Shown here: positions 17,920 through 28,340 of the stretch, one piece after another | Layout of the letters: each line of letters starts with the position of its first letter | Numbering within the stretch: the stretch's first letter is position 1 | IMG/VR virus record: IMGVR_UViG_3300021963_000081 | Span: 1 to 64,000 of that record | Source of the DNA: a virus | Reading direction: 5' to 3' (one strand) | Length of the DNA stretch: 64,000 bases | Position numbers and translations under genes: made by a program | The notes under the pieces: generated by a model | What the model saw: only the letters and a program-made list of their open reading frames with translations | Database searches by the model: none | Told to the model about the DNA's origin: nothing

Positions 17920-18141
17920 ATGGCAAGTCGAGAAGAAAAAAATAACTTTTCTATGATGATCATGGAAATGGCAATGAAAGAAAAGATTGATCATATGGAT
18001 GCAATCACTTCATACTGTGAGCGTAATAATCTTGAGATTGAAGTTGCTGCAAGTTTGATCAATGACTCGTTGAAGAGCATCATTGAGGGTGAAGCAATGG
18101 AGTTGAGGTTCTTACCGCGAGGAAGTCGACTGCCTCTATGA
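17920..18141 (+). CDS. gp33: Late-promoter transcription co-activator
   Basis: DAITSYCERNNLEIE...LKSIIEGEAMELRFLP; position before gp59-gp32. Confidence 0.85.
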   Translation: MASREEKNNFSMMIMEMAMKEKIDHMDAITSYCERNNLEIEVAASLINDSLKSIIEGEAMELRFLPRGSRLPL

Positions 18142-18746
18142 ATGGATACGATCTTTATTGCATCTATCAAGCCATCAAGTTGCACTTCACGTCAGAGAGT
18201 TATAACTTCTTTCAATATGATGGCAAAACTCGAGTATCGGTAGATGCATTTCAAAAACGTCGTGACAAGTTTCTATTCCATCGCCTTGCGCGCAAGTATC
18301 GCGACGATGAGATGGTTCCATTTCTGGTTGCTAATTTTGTACACAGTGATGATAACTGGACCAAGTCATTGCTTGAAGACCAGGCTGAAGAAACTTATCG
18401 GGATTGGAAACGAACCACCGATTCCATGAGCAAGGTTTATGTGGAAGATCTACAGAAGATTTGCCCAGACCCTAAAGAATTTAATAATTTATTTAAAGTT
18501 GAAGATGGACAGTTTCCAAAACTGTTAGTAGCATTTCTCCAAAAAGATGTTACGATTGAGACTCTTGTGATTCTTAATAACATCTTCAACTTTATTCAAA
18601 TTTGGGACAAGAAGATTTCAGATGATATCATCTACCCCAAAGTGTCAAGAAAGGTGCGCAAGTATGGTGCCTTTCTTGCGGTGAACGTTGACAAGTATAA
18701 GCAACTGACAAAGGAAACTTTACTTGCTAACGAAAATGCTATATAA
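18138..18746 (+). CDS. gp59: Helicase loader
   Basis: YQAIKLHFTSESYNFFQYDGK, FQKRRDK, TIETLVIL. Confidence 0.9.
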   Translation: MNGYDLYCIYQAIKLHFTSESYNFFQYDGKTRVSVDAFQKRRDKFLFHRLARKYRDDEMVPFLVANFVHSDDNWTKSLLEDQAEETYRDWKRTTDSMSKVYVEDLQKICPDPKEFNNLFKVEDGQFPKLLVAFLQKDVTIETLVILNNIFNFIQIWDKKISDDIIYPKVSRKVRKYGAFLAVNVDKYKQLTKETLLANENAI

Positions 18747-18747
18747 T
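18719..18747 (+). promoter_or_regulatory. Sigma70-like promoter for gp32
   Basis: TTTACT -17 nt- TATAAT. Confidence 0.65.
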
Positions 18748-18815
18748 GTTGTTGTGATGATGATAATGTGGACAAGTCGATATACACTTAATACTACGCT
18801 ATACGGAGAATACAA

Positions 18816-19712
18816 ATGAGTCTATCAAGTCTAAAGAAGGGTTCATCCCTTGATAAGTTGAAGAAGGCAGTTGAGCAATCTTCTGCTGGTAACACTGGTG
18901 GCAAGAACGTTGATGATCGTTTTTGGCAACCAGAAGTTGACGCTGCTGGCAACGGATACGCAGTTATCCGCTTCCTCGATACGCCAGCCGTTGACGGTGA
19001 GGATGGTCTACCGTGGGTTCAAATCTGGTCACACGGTTTCCAAGGTCCAGGTGGTTGGTACATTGAGAATTCTCTCACAACACTTGGCAAGACCGATCCT
19101 GTTTCTGAGTACAACACTGTTCTGTGGAACTCAGGTATCGAAGCAAACAAAGAAATTGCTCGTAAGCAGAAGCGCAAGTTGACTTACATCGCTAATATTC
19201 TTGTTGTGTCTGATGCAAAGCGTCCGCAAAATGAAGGTAAGGTGTTCTTGTTCAAGTTCGGAAAGAAGATTTTCGACAAGATCAAGGAGCAACTTGAACC
19301 GCAGTTTGCTGATGAGACTCCAATGAATCCGTTTGACTTTTGGAAGGGTGCTAACTTCAAGGTCAAGATTCGTAATGTCGAAGGCTATCGCAACTATGAT
19401 AAGTCGGAGTTTGAGGCTCCTGCTGCATTGCTCAGTGGCGACGACGATAAGATCGAAAAGGTCTGGAAGTCTGCATACTCACTCAAGGAATTCCTGAAGC
19501 CAGAAAACTTCAAGTCCTATGATGAACTCAAGGCGAAGTTGGATAAGGTTCTTGGTGCTGGTGGGGCAACTGCTGCCGCTGCAAAGAAGATCGAGGATGA
19601 AGAGGCACCAGCCCCTGTAGTCCGTTCGGCTCCTGCAAAGAAAGTAACTGCTGAAGATGTTAGCGTCGATGATGACGATATGGCATTCTTCGAGAAACTT
19701 GCTGCTGAGTAA
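18816..19712 (+). CDS. gp32: Single-stranded DNA-binding protein
   Basis: DDRFWQP...GNGYAVIRFL, WYIENSLTTLG, NPFDFWKGANFKVKIR, acidic tail. Confidence 0.96.
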   Translation: MSLSSLKKGSSLDKLKKAVEQSSAGNTGGKNVDDRFWQPEVDAAGNGYAVIRFLDTPAVDGEDGLPWVQIWSHGFQGPGGWYIENSLTTLGKTDPVSEYNTVLWNSGIEANKEIARKQKRKLTYIANILVVSDAKRPQNEGKVFLFKFGKKIFDKIKEQLEPQFADETPMNPFDFWKGANFKVKIRNVEGYRNYDKSEFEAPAALLSGDDDKIEKVWKSAYSLKEFLKPENFKSYDELKAKLDKVLGAGGATAAAAKKIEDEEAPAPVVRSAPAKKVTAEDVSVDDDDMAFFEKLAAE

Positions 19713-19741
19713 TTTTGATTAGAAAACCGTAGATGTTTTCA

Positions 19742-19766
19742 GGGGGACTTCGGTCCCCCTTTTTTT
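19742..19766 (+). terminator. Rho-independent terminator
   Basis: GGGGGAC-TTCG-GTCCCCC plus T7, between convergent genes. Confidence 0.9.
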
Positions 19767-22344
19767 ATGCCAAAGAAACTGACGTAAACGATGTTGGATG
19801 TTCGAAATCGTTTGATATGATTCTATTGAAAGTGTCATCAGCGAATCTAGGCTGTGCTTTTACAACACCACCATTATTTGGTTGTGGTGGTTGCGATCCT
19901 GATCTTTGACCACCACCAGATGGCACTGGTACTGGTACAACACTTGGAGCACTGGATGCTGCTGAATTATCTGCACTTTGTTGTGCTAATTGTTCACCAG
20001 AAACTGCCTTACTGACTGCTGTAACTGCTTGCTTAGATTGATATGATTGACCATCAAGTGGAACGATGGCTTCAGTCCCGTGAAGTGTTGCTGGATAACC
20101 AGACTTTGGACCAGAGGCAACACCACCTGCTGCAGCATACATTGGACCGCCTTGTGATGGCTGACCTGTGCCACCTGCAGGTGTATATTTTGTTGAATAC
20201 TTGTCAACTTTGGCGAGAATCTCAGCACCATAACCTTTATCAAGACCTAACCCAGCACCACCAATTGTTTGAGTGACTGCACGATTGGCTGATTTTTGAT
20301 CTGGAAAATCTTGTTTGCCTTTTAAACCAGTCATAACGAATGCTGCAGCAAGTTTAGCAGCAATTGATGGATCGTTTGCTTGATCAGGATTGCCGATCAG
20401 ATCTACACCAATCATTTTTCCATATTTGGCGTAATTGTTCTTGCCAGTAATTTGAATGAATCCACGACCGCGATACTTCCATCCATCTCCAGGCTCATTG
20501 TTTCCCATGCTTTGACCAATTCTATCATTCATTCCATAAACAAGTTCTGCCATTCCCTCTGGGTTTTTTACTGCCTTTGCTTGTAATTCTTCGTCAGAAT
20601 ACTTTTTAAGTCGAGTGAATACTGTTCTGATTCTTTCAATAGATGTATAGTTTAGATTTTCAGATTTTGGTTTGAATCCAGATTCTTTTTCAATGTTTGC
20701 GAGCAGCGCTGCTTGAGCATATGGATTCTTAAGTCCATATTCAGCCATAGCACCCTTAACAATACCAACTACGGCACCTCCAGCACCTCCGCCGCCTCCA
20801 CCTGCTGGCGCAGCACCTCCTGGCATGTTTGATCCAGAAGGAGTAGCCGTTGGAGCGCCACCACTAGATGCTGGTGCACCACCTCCACCACCTGTCGCAG
20901 CTCCACCGCCGCCACCACCACTTGGCACGACCTTATTTTGATATTGATCGTACTGACCACCGCCTCCACCACCACCTCCACCACTTGGAGCTGGTGCTGG
21001 CGCACCGCCACCACCTCTTGGTGCTGGTGCTACTTCTCTGCGCTTCTCGGCTTCTCCCTTTGATACTGGCGTTACTTGTTCTGGACCCTCAACTGGTTTC
21101 TTTAAAAACTTAAATGGTTCGAATGTGAAACCACCAATTGGACCAAGTGTAAATGGATCAAATCCTGGTAGATCAACTTCAACAGGACCCATTATTTCTG
21201 GAATATCTAATCTAACATCTGCTAAAAACTGTTTAAGTTTTTCCCACATTGGAGTTACGATTTCCATAACCCACTTAACACCTTTACTGCCGATATTCCA
21301 AATGAATCCGATTGCTTCTTTTAGAAATGGAATAGCAAATCCGATTGCACCACCAATGAGTTTATAAAAACTCTTGAGTGAGAAAATGTCAAGAATATCA
21401 TTAATGCCGTCATCTAGTTTCTTGACGTCTTTAGTGAGTTTATCAAGTTTCTCGCCAGTATCGTCTTTCTTTTCTTCTGGTGCTTCGGTTTCTTTTAATG
21501 TTTGGCTTTTTAGATCGGCATCAACTTCTTTAGTTGCGGTTGGTGATGGTGCCATTGCTGCACCTGCTGCCCCAGCAATTGGCGCAGCAGATTTTGCTTG
21601 GACCTTACTTGCAGAAGCCGTTGGAGCAATATTCATTCTCTGACGAGCAGTTTCTTTACTTACAAACTTACCAGTTTTTTCGTCTCGATATCTACTTGCT
21701 TCTTTTGAATACTTGAGACCTGCTTGTTTCTCAAGTTTTCGCATTTCTTTTTTGGATTTCGGTGCTTCTTTCGCAGGGCTGGCGCGAAGTTTATTCGCAA
21801 CACCATCAACTGATGATTTGATTCCAGCAACGATCTCCTCTATCTTTTGAGAGAGCTCATAGATCTTTGTAATCTGTTCATCACGCTGTTTAGATTTTTC
21901 AGACTGCTCTTTTTTGACCTTTGGTTTCTTTTCTTTTGTTTCTTCTTTCTCGTCTTTCTCGTCTTTAATCTTATACTTTTCGCGCATTTTCTTGAGTTCC
22001 TCTTCAGGAACTTTCTTGCCGAAAAGTTTATCAATCATTGCCGCTTGTTTCTCATCAGCAAGACCGAATGCCTTTGCAAACTTACCATAGCGTGATTGAA
22101 CGCCTGATTTGGCGACTTTATATTCTTCTTGAAGATTGTATGCTTCTTGTAGCCCTTTTAGACCACCAACACTTTGACTTATGATGCCGCCACCAGCCTC
22201 GCCCATTTTTTGTTGGACGGCTTCGCGTTGCATCTCGAGTAAGTTTTGAACTTCCTCTTCTGACCCTTTCGGTTTTGTACGACGTTTCTCGCGGTTCTTT
22301 TTCGTCAACCCCGATAAACTTTTTGCGTCGGTTTTTATCTTCAT
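19765..22344 (-). CDS. Tape-measure/hub-like virion protein (gp29 position) with GH19-like lysozyme domain
   Basis: Charged helical N-terminus, hydrophobic segment, Gly-rich linker, then LANIEKESGFKPKSENLNY...DGWKYRGRGFIQITGKNNY. Confidence 0.7.
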   Translation of the reverse strand: MKIKTDAKSLSGLTKKNREKRRTKPKGSEEEVQNLLEMQREAVQQKMGEAGGGIISQSVGGLKGLQEAYNLQEEYKVAKSGVQSRYGKFAKAFGLADEKQAAMIDKLFGKKVPEEELKKMREKYKIKDEKDEKEETKEKKPKVKKEQSEKSKQRDEQITKIYELSQKIEEIVAGIKSSVDGVANKLRASPAKEAPKSKKEMRKLEKQAGLKYSKEASRYRDEKTGKFVSKETARQRMNIAPTASASKVQAKSAAPIAGAAGAAMAPSPTATKEVDADLKSQTLKETEAPEEKKDDTGEKLDKLTKDVKKLDDGINDILDIFSLKSFYKLIGGAIGFAIPFLKEAIGFIWNIGSKGVKWVMEIVTPMWEKLKQFLADVRLDIPEIMGPVEVDLPGFDPFTLGPIGGFTFEPFKFLKKPVEGPEQVTPVSKGEAEKRREVAPAPRGGGGAPAPAPSGGGGGGGGGQYDQYQNKVVPSGGGGGGAATGGGGGAPASSGGAPTATPSGSNMPGGAAPAGGGGGGAGGAVVGIVKGAMAEYGLKNPYAQAALLANIEKESGFKPKSENLNYTSIERIRTVFTRLKKYSDEELQAKAVKNPEGMAELVYGMNDRIGQSMGNNEPGDGWKYRGRGFIQITGKNNYAKYGKMIGVDLIGNPDQANDPSIAAKLAAAFVMTGLKGKQDFPDQKSANRAVTQTIGGAGLGLDKGYGAEILAKVDKYSTKYTPAGGTGQPSQGGPMYAAAGGVASGPKSGYPATLHGTEAIVPLDGQSYQSKQAVTAVSKAVSGEQLAQQSADNSAASSAPSVVPVPVPSGGGQRSGSQPPQPNNGGVVKAQPRFADDTFNRIISNDFEHPTSFTSVSLA

Positions 22345-22571
22345 CTTCTTTTTCTAGCCGTTCGTGTAACTTTTGCAAAATCAGATTTTCGTTGCAACTC
22401 TTGCAACTTAATCCTTTCCTTTTCCTCTTTCAACCAATTCATAAGCATGTTCACGTAGGTCTGACGTTCCCACGGCAACATATTCTCAATGTCGCTCAAT
22501 GAATACTTATGGTGCTGAATCAAGCCAAAGTTACAATTAAAATAATTCGCCAAATTGTCATAACCAAACAT
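22341..22571 (-). CDS. gp51: Baseplate hub assembly protein
   Basis: NFGLIQHHKYSLSDIENMLPWERQTYV. Confidence 0.85.
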   Translation of the reverse strand: MFGYDNLANYFNCNFGLIQHHKYSLSDIENMLPWERQTYVNMLMNWLKEEKERIKLQELQRKSDFAKVTRTARKRR

Positions 22572-23296
22572 TAACCGAAAAAATCGTCGATTCCTTTTAC
22601 AACGATCATATGGTTAAAAGAACACTTGTTACATATAACTTCTTTTGATGTCTGCACATAAGGTAGAGTTGAAAAGAAATTCTTAAACACTTCAAGTTGA
22701 TCTAAACTTAAAGAACCCAAGAACTCATAAAACTCTTCTTTCGTGAACGTTTCAGACTCATATTTCGAATCTTCATCAAAAACATAATCTAAGTGTTCAT
22801 AAATCAGATCTAAAATATTTTCTAAACCTTCTACTTTATTCGCAATAGAAGTTGAGATATTGATTGAAGGATACTTGAGTACCATTCCAATACTTTCAGA
22901 AATCATAACTTTATTAGAATGATTTTCTGGAACTACAACCTCAACCTTATTCAGATCAACGTCAAACACCATACTGTTTCCGCATCGCTCGTTTTCGACA
23001 ACATTCTCGCACTTGTATGTAAGTTCTAATGTTTCTCCAACTGAGCGAAGTCGAAGGTGAATGAAGATCATTTCGAGATCGAATAATGGCAAATCCTCAA
23101 TATCTACGTTTTCGTCAAGACAGCAGTTATTGATAATTTGCTTTACGGTATCAAGCAACGAAGGAAGATCTTCAGCTTCCTTCGCCATCAAAAGTAATTT
23201 TTCTTCTTTCACTAGAAACGGTCGAAACTTTACCTTTTTATTCAGTGATGTCAAATGCACATCAAATGTAGGATAACTAATTTTCGGTAATGCCAT
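22571..23296 (-). CDS. gp26: Baseplate hub subunit
   Basis: MALPKI, KFRPFLVKEEKLLL, LRLRSVGE, GIDDFF. Confidence 0.9.
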   Translation of the reverse strand: MALPKISYPTFDVHLTSLNKKVKFRPFLVKEEKLLLMAKEAEDLPSLLDTVKQIINNCCLDENVDIEDLPLFDLEMIFIHLRLRSVGETLELTYKCENVVENERCGNSMVFDVDLNKVEVVVPENHSNKVMISESIGMVLKYPSINISTSIANKVEGLENILDLIYEHLDYVFDEDSKYESETFTKEEFYEFLGSLSLDQLEVFKNFFSTLPYVQTSKEVICNKCSFNHMIVVKGIDDFFG

Positions 23297-23309
23297 AATT
23301 TACTCCATG

Positions 23310-24146
23310 TTATATTCTTGTTCCAAATGCTGGTTGAGATCTCAACAATGAATCAACAGCACCATTTGTTGGTCGTGTTCTCATTGGTCCCATCGGCGTA
23401 TTAATTAATGAACCTTGTGACTGCGATGTGCGCTCATTATCACCAAGATTTGGTGCTGATTGTACTGGTGTCACATCACCTAATGAATTTGTTTCAAGTG
23501 GTAACCAACGATCGAACTTAAATGCAACTGTTAATCGATGAATATCGTCAGTTCCCCAGTTTAGATTTAATGCGTTAACTGTAACTGGGAATGCATTAAT
23601 GAGTGTGCATGCATAACTGACATGCGGTTTATTAAATCGTTCTGGATCTAATGGTGTCATAGTTGCGACTGTTGCAAGAGTTGGTCGTGTTTCGCCCAGC
23701 TGAGTTTTATCTTGTCGCAATGCCTCTTCTCGCATAAGTTCAAATTTATCGAGTGGCATAAATTCGCTATATTGGCGAATTACAATATCGGTCACATAGT
23801 TCATCTTGTAGTTTACAAGATAGGTTTGTTTTGGAATGATGTAATTTAACCACGCATCGAAAAACTTCTTTTCCCAAAGATCGCCAGCACAGATAAAGGT
23901 AAACGAAACATCTCCGAATGAAGGAGTGCCTGCGAGTGGCGTCGCTGCTCCGAAGATTTTGTTTTCAATCGTGTTAAGTGTATAACCTGGAAGTTCTGCT
24001 GTTTCACACTGCAGCGATAATTGTTCGGATGTCGCCATACCCATTAAAACGGATGGTACATTGATTAGAACGTCGAACTTCGATGATTTAGCAAATCCAG
24101 CGTGAGAATCGAAGTGCGCGATAAATTTGTTTACATTAAATGCCAT
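23310..24146 (-). CDS. Tail-tube initiator / gp19-fold baseplate protein (gp54-like)
   Basis: CETAELPG, KKFFDAW, LINAFPVTV...RLTVAF. Confidence 0.7.
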   Translation of the reverse strand: MAFNVNKFIAHFDSHAGFAKSSKFDVLINVPSVLMGMATSEQLSLQCETAELPGYTLNTIENKIFGAATPLAGTPSFGDVSFTFICAGDLWEKKFFDAWLNYIIPKQTYLVNYKMNYVTDIVIRQYSEFMPLDKFELMREEALRQDKTQLGETRPTLATVATMTPLDPERFNKPHVSYACTLINAFPVTVNALNLNWGTDDIHRLTVAFKFDRWLPLETNSLGDVTPVQSAPNLGDNERTSQSQGSLINTPMGPMRTRPTNGAVDSLLRSQPAFGTRI

Positions 24147-24694
24147 TACCTTTTATACACCATCTTTTGCGTTGGTAAGAAGATCGCAGTTTCCCAATTA
24201 TTCGGCTCAATGTAAATCATAGAAGAAACGATATGATTCAATAGATATCTTTTTAGACAGTCTTGAATCATTTTATATCTGCGCGATTTCGCGAGCAAAT
24301 CATACGATAAACGAAACTTTGTTGTATCGTCATATTTATCGTTGTTTATAAAATCGTGCAAGCGATCTAAAAGAGCGAGTCGACTGTATGGATCGAGATA
24401 ATGTAGGTTTAACCCTAAGAATCCGTTTGGGTACATTTCTATGGGAATGACTAGAGGAAACTTATCCCAAACTGGGAGAACATCTTTAAGTTTCGGGTCG
24501 TACTGATAGGTGTACATACGACCTATAAATGCTCTCGGAGAAATTCTTCTAGCGTCATTTAGCACATTCGAACGATCGGCTGGCATTCGAAGTGCCATTA
24601 GTTTATTGCCAAGCCATGTTCTGGCTTCTGCGCTTCGTGGTCGAATACCAGCAGCGGTCATTTCTCGACTTAATTTATCGAATAGTGATGGCAT
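24146..24694 (-). CDS. gp2: DNA end protector protein
   Basis: GRMYTYQYDPK...LPVWDKFPLV, GFLGLNLHYL, KRYLLNH, AIFLP. Confidence 0.9.
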   Translation of the reverse strand: MPSLFDKLSREMTAAGIRPRSAEARTWLGNKLMALRMPADRSNVLNDARRISPRAFIGRMYTYQYDPKLKDVLPVWDKFPLVIPIEMYPNGFLGLNLHYLDPYSRLALLDRLHDFINNDKYDDTTKFRLSYDLLAKSRRYKMIQDCLKRYLLNHIVSSMIYIEPNNWETAIFLPTQKMVYKR

Positions 24695-25128
24695 TAGATT
24701 CCGAGATCTTCCTCTGTAATAACTTTAAAAGTCCATTGCTTATTCTTGCAATACTCTGTCGCAGCCTTCCATTTCGCTTCATTGACGCCCCAAGTCATCA
24801 CTTCATTGATGTATCTTCGTGTAATCTTCGACTTCTTCTGTGGAGGAACAGATTGGCTTTTAGGTTTCACCTCTAGGATGAGAGACTCAACCACACCAAT
24901 CCTATTCTGTACTTTCACAAAAAAGTCAGGAAAATAACGATGCCAACGATTATCTACAGGCGATAAATATGGAATAATGATTTCCTCGTTAGACCACTGA
25001 ATAACACTTGGGTTAGAGTCAAGGTGCACCATAACTCGGCGCTCCCACAACGATCTGTACCAGATGTTTGTCGGATCACCTAAATATTTATTGGTATTTT
25101 TCGGACTGTATCTACCTGAATAAGCCAT
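24694..25128 (-). CDS. gp4: Head completion nuclease
   Basis: MAYSGRYSPKNTNKYLGDP, YRSLWER, HRYFPDF, EVKP, NEAKWKAA; start at ATG 25128. Confidence 0.92.
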   Translation of the reverse strand: MAYSGRYSPKNTNKYLGDPTNIWYRSLWERRVMVHLDSNPSVIQWSNEEIIIPYLSPVDNRWHRYFPDFFVKVQNRIGVVESLILEVKPKSQSVPPQKKSKITRRYINEVMTWGVNEAKWKAATEYCKNKQWTFKVITEEDLGI

Positions 25129-25157
25129 AGATTTATTTAGACCCCTCGGAACAATTA

Positions 25158-26354
25158 ATGTCAACACCATTAAGCATCAATAGTGTATCTAGAAGTTTAG
25201 ATCCAAACGAGGCAAAGGGACCACTTGCTGCCCTTGCTAAAAATTCATTCTCTACCACCGATTTACGCTATCCGATTAATCTTGGAACTAATAATTTTGA
25301 GGGATTGCATTACATAACCTTCTATGTAAACGTGCAAGAAAAATCCAAATATAACGTTTCGCAAAGAACAGAAATAGGTCCTGTTGCGAATCAAAATCGT
25401 GCCAATGATGCCTCAGCAGGATTCGCTCAGATTTCATCTGGTAATTCTATTATCAGCGACAATAAAATGGGGCAACTCTTTGCCGAAGGCACAGGCGGTA
25501 TGTTCGGTGCCGCTATCGGTGGTGCTGTGGGAAGTATTGCTGGTGAGTTGGGTGGTCCAGTCGCAGGAGTGGGTGGTGCAGTTATCGGTGGTGCAGTTGG
25601 CGGACTTATTGGTTCTTCAATTGTAAGTGCTATCGATCTTTCTCGTAAGACTAAACGAATTAAGTCTACGATTTCAATGTATATGCCAGATACGATAAAC
25701 CAACAAATCGTTCACGAGTATGGTGAAGTTTCTATGACTGACGCTCTCGGAATGGTTGGTGCCATTGGTCAAGGTGCGGCTGGCGTTGGATCTTCTATTG
25801 AAGGTTATTTTAGCGATACATTTGGCTCTGGTGCAAAAGCAGATCTAAAGGGTGCTGGAGCAGGTTCAATGGCTGAACTTGCAGGAACATTAGCTGAAAA
25901 GTCTGGAGCGTTTGGTGGTGGAATTAAAGAGGCACTTTTATTCTCAGCAGGTTTGGCGTTAAATCCTCAAGTAGAAGTTCTCTATCAAAAAACAGGTCAT
26001 CGTGAGTTTCTATTTGATTTTAAGATGTCACCAAGAAGCCAAGCCGAAGCCGATGCAATTCGCAAAATTATCAAAGAATTTAAGTTTCACTCAGCACCAG
26101 AATTATTAAAAGGTGCTTCTGGACGCTTCTTTGTTCCACCTGCTGAGTTTGATATTAAGTTTTTCTATAATGGAAAAGAAAATCTAAACATTCATAAAAT
26201 TTCCTCGTGTGTTTTAGTTGGTATTGATGTAAACTATGCTGCAGCAGGACAATGGACTACGTTCGACGACGGTATGCCTGTTGACATTGCAATGCAATTA
26301 AGATTTAAAGAACTCGAACTTATGCACAAGGGTCGCATTGAGGAAGGTTATTAA
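25158..26354 (+). CDS. gp48: Baseplate tail-tube cap
   Basis: LRYP, ISMYMP, LNPQVEVLY, REFLFDFKMSPRS, LRFKELE. Confidence 0.8.
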   Translation: MSTPLSINSVSRSLDPNEAKGPLAALAKNSFSTTDLRYPINLGTNNFEGLHYITFYVNVQEKSKYNVSQRTEIGPVANQNRANDASAGFAQISSGNSIISDNKMGQLFAEGTGGMFGAAIGGAVGSIAGELGGPVAGVGGAVIGGAVGGLIGSSIVSAIDLSRKTKRIKSTISMYMPDTINQQIVHEYGEVSMTDALGMVGAIGQGAAGVGSSIEGYFSDTFGSGAKADLKGAGAGSMAELAGTLAEKSGAFGGGIKEALLFSAGLALNPQVEVLYQKTGHREFLFDFKMSPRSQAEADAIRKIIKEFKFHSAPELLKGASGRFFVPPAEFDIKFFYNGKENLNIHKISSCVLVGIDVNYAAAGQWTTFDDGMPVDIAMQLRFKELELMHKGRIEEGY

Positions 26355-27040
26355 TGGCTGCTCTAGGTTATTTCAATTATTTTCCGAAAATAAGTTACAC
26401 ATTTGACAAGAACTCGATCAATCAGCAAGCCGTTACAAACATCTTTGCTCGTTCGACGTTTTTAAAAGAAGTATCAAATAACTCATCTGTGTATTTTGAG
26501 TATCAGGTTCAAGATTCTGATTCACCTGAGATTATCGCACATAAAATTTATGGCGACTCATACAGATCATGGCTTGTATTGTTATTCAATAAACTAATCA
26601 ATCCTTCTTATGATTTTCCTCTTAAAACAGAAGTTTTAGATGAGTATATTCAAAACAAATACGATCAGACTTTGATCGCCGCGCAAACACAAATACATCA
26701 TTACGAACAAGAGGTGACAACAACCATCACATTTAATGGCGTGCAGTTTTATCAAACAGTCACAACTTCTATCATCTCGGACAAAGAATACAATTTTGTG
26801 ACTGGAACTTTGGTTGATAGAACAGTTCCATCAATTGCTGATACATCATTAGTTGTAAGCACAGAGCAAAAGACACTAGAGAATAATCAAGTTGCAACCA
26901 TCGTAACAAGAAATAAGGCAGTATCAAATTATCAGTATGAAATTAATGAAAATGAAAAACGTCGTAAAATTAAACTTCTTGACCCTGCGTATGTCGCTCA
27001 GGTCGAGCAAGAATTTAAGCAGTTGATGAGCAATGGCTGA
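26354..27040 (+). CDS. gp53: Baseplate wedge subunit
   Basis: YFNYFP, PEIIAHKIYGD...WLVLLFN, NEKRRKIKLL. Confidence 0.88.
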   Translation: MAALGYFNYFPKISYTFDKNSINQQAVTNIFARSTFLKEVSNNSSVYFEYQVQDSDSPEIIAHKIYGDSYRSWLVLLFNKLINPSYDFPLKTEVLDEYIQNKYDQTLIAAQTQIHHYEQEVTTTITFNGVQFYQTVTTSIISDKEYNFVTGTLVDRTVPSIADTSLVVSTEQKTLENNQVATIVTRNKAVSNYQYEINENEKRRKIKLLDPAYVAQVEQEFKQLMSNG

Positions 27041-28340
27041 AGACGTTGGTATAACTAATTCTAAGAATTTTGATGTAAAGATCCTGGATTTGATAAATTC
27101 GGGAGGTCAGGTTGTTGACTTAAGAAAGATATTCATGGAAATTCAATTATTCCAGGACATCTATTCTCCTGTAATGACAGGAACTATTCTACTTCAAGAC
27201 GGTCATGACATCTTTAATAATTTTTATTTTTGCGGAAACGAGTATTTAAAACTTTCTATTGATAAACCATCGCTCGGAAAACCTATTCAAAAAATCTTTA
27301 GAGTATATAAAACTGGTGGAAGAAAACCAGGCTCTGACTCAGGGCAAATTTTTACGCTTTATTTTTGCTCAGAAGAACTCGTGTTCTCAAATCAAAAACG
27401 TGTGAGTAAGGCATATAAAAGTCAAAAGACTGTCGACATTATTAAAGACATTCTTAAGAATGAATTAAAAGTCGATGATTCTAAGATTGGAAAATTAGAA
27501 GGCACTTCTGGTGTATATGATTTAGTCGTTCCAGGAATGACTCCGATTGAAGTTATACAGTGGGCAGCATCACGCTCCTACGACGCAAGTAAGAAATTTT
27601 GTTATTTCTTTTATGAAGACCGCGATGCATTTCAGTTTAAATCATATAACACATTAATTAAGCAAAAGCCACTTAAAACGTTAAAATACGAAATTAAGAC
27701 TGTAGAGCAAGATCCTGCAAATAATAAAGATTCAATTGATAAATTTGAGATTAGAGGTGAATTTGATACTCTAAAGATGATGTCTCATGGTGGTTATGCC
27801 TCTAAGTTATTGTCCGTTGATATCTTTAATCAGTCCTTCAAGTATAATAATTATTCAATAGAAATTGCAGAAGCACAGGGTAATCTTCTGAATAAATTTA
27901 AACCAATTAACGGACTTAAAAATCTAGACAAAGTCCCTATAACGCAAACTTATGATTCTTTATTCTTAACAAATATTGCAATAAATGATACCGCATCAGA
28001 AAAAGAAAGCGATCGCGATAAGTGGATGATGAATCGTGCATTACACATGATGGCAATGCACAATACAAAAATTAACATTATTATTCCTGGTGATATTTTC
28101 TTAAGAGCAGGTGACGTTGTCAAGTATGAGTTTCCCAAATTTGAAGGTGCTGATAAATCTGGAAAAACATTAGATGAATATCGCACTGGCAATTATCTTG
28201 TTTCTGCCATTTGCCATAAATTCTCTGGTGCTGATAAGGGAGATTTTGAGAGTATTGTGGAACTCGTTTCCGATTCATTCTCAAAACAGATTCCTGCAGC
28301 AAAAGAGGGTCTTGAAAAAGTGACGAGTAAATATACATGA
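27033..28340 (+). CDS. Baseplate hub protein (gp27-like)
   Basis: Lies between gp53 and gp5; FQDIYSPVMTG, IPGD...AGDVV...TGNYLVSAICHKF. Confidence 0.7.
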   Translation: MAEDVGITNSKNFDVKILDLINSGGQVVDLRKIFMEIQLFQDIYSPVMTGTILLQDGHDIFNNFYFCGNEYLKLSIDKPSLGKPIQKIFRVYKTGGRKPGSDSGQIFTLYFCSEELVFSNQKRVSKAYKSQKTVDIIKDILKNELKVDDSKIGKLEGTSGVYDLVVPGMTPIEVIQWAASRSYDASKKFCYFFYEDRDAFQFKSYNTLIKQKPLKTLKYEIKTVEQDPANNKDSIDKFEIRGEFDTLKMMSHGGYASKLLSVDIFNQSFKYNNYSIEIAEAQGNLLNKFKPINGLKNLDKVPITQTYDSLFLTNIAINDTASEKESDRDKWMMNRALHMMAMHNTKINIIIPGDIFLRAGDVVKYEFPKFEGADKSGKTLDEYRTGNYLVSAICHKFSGADKGDFESIVELVSDSFSKQIPAAKEGLEKVTSKYT

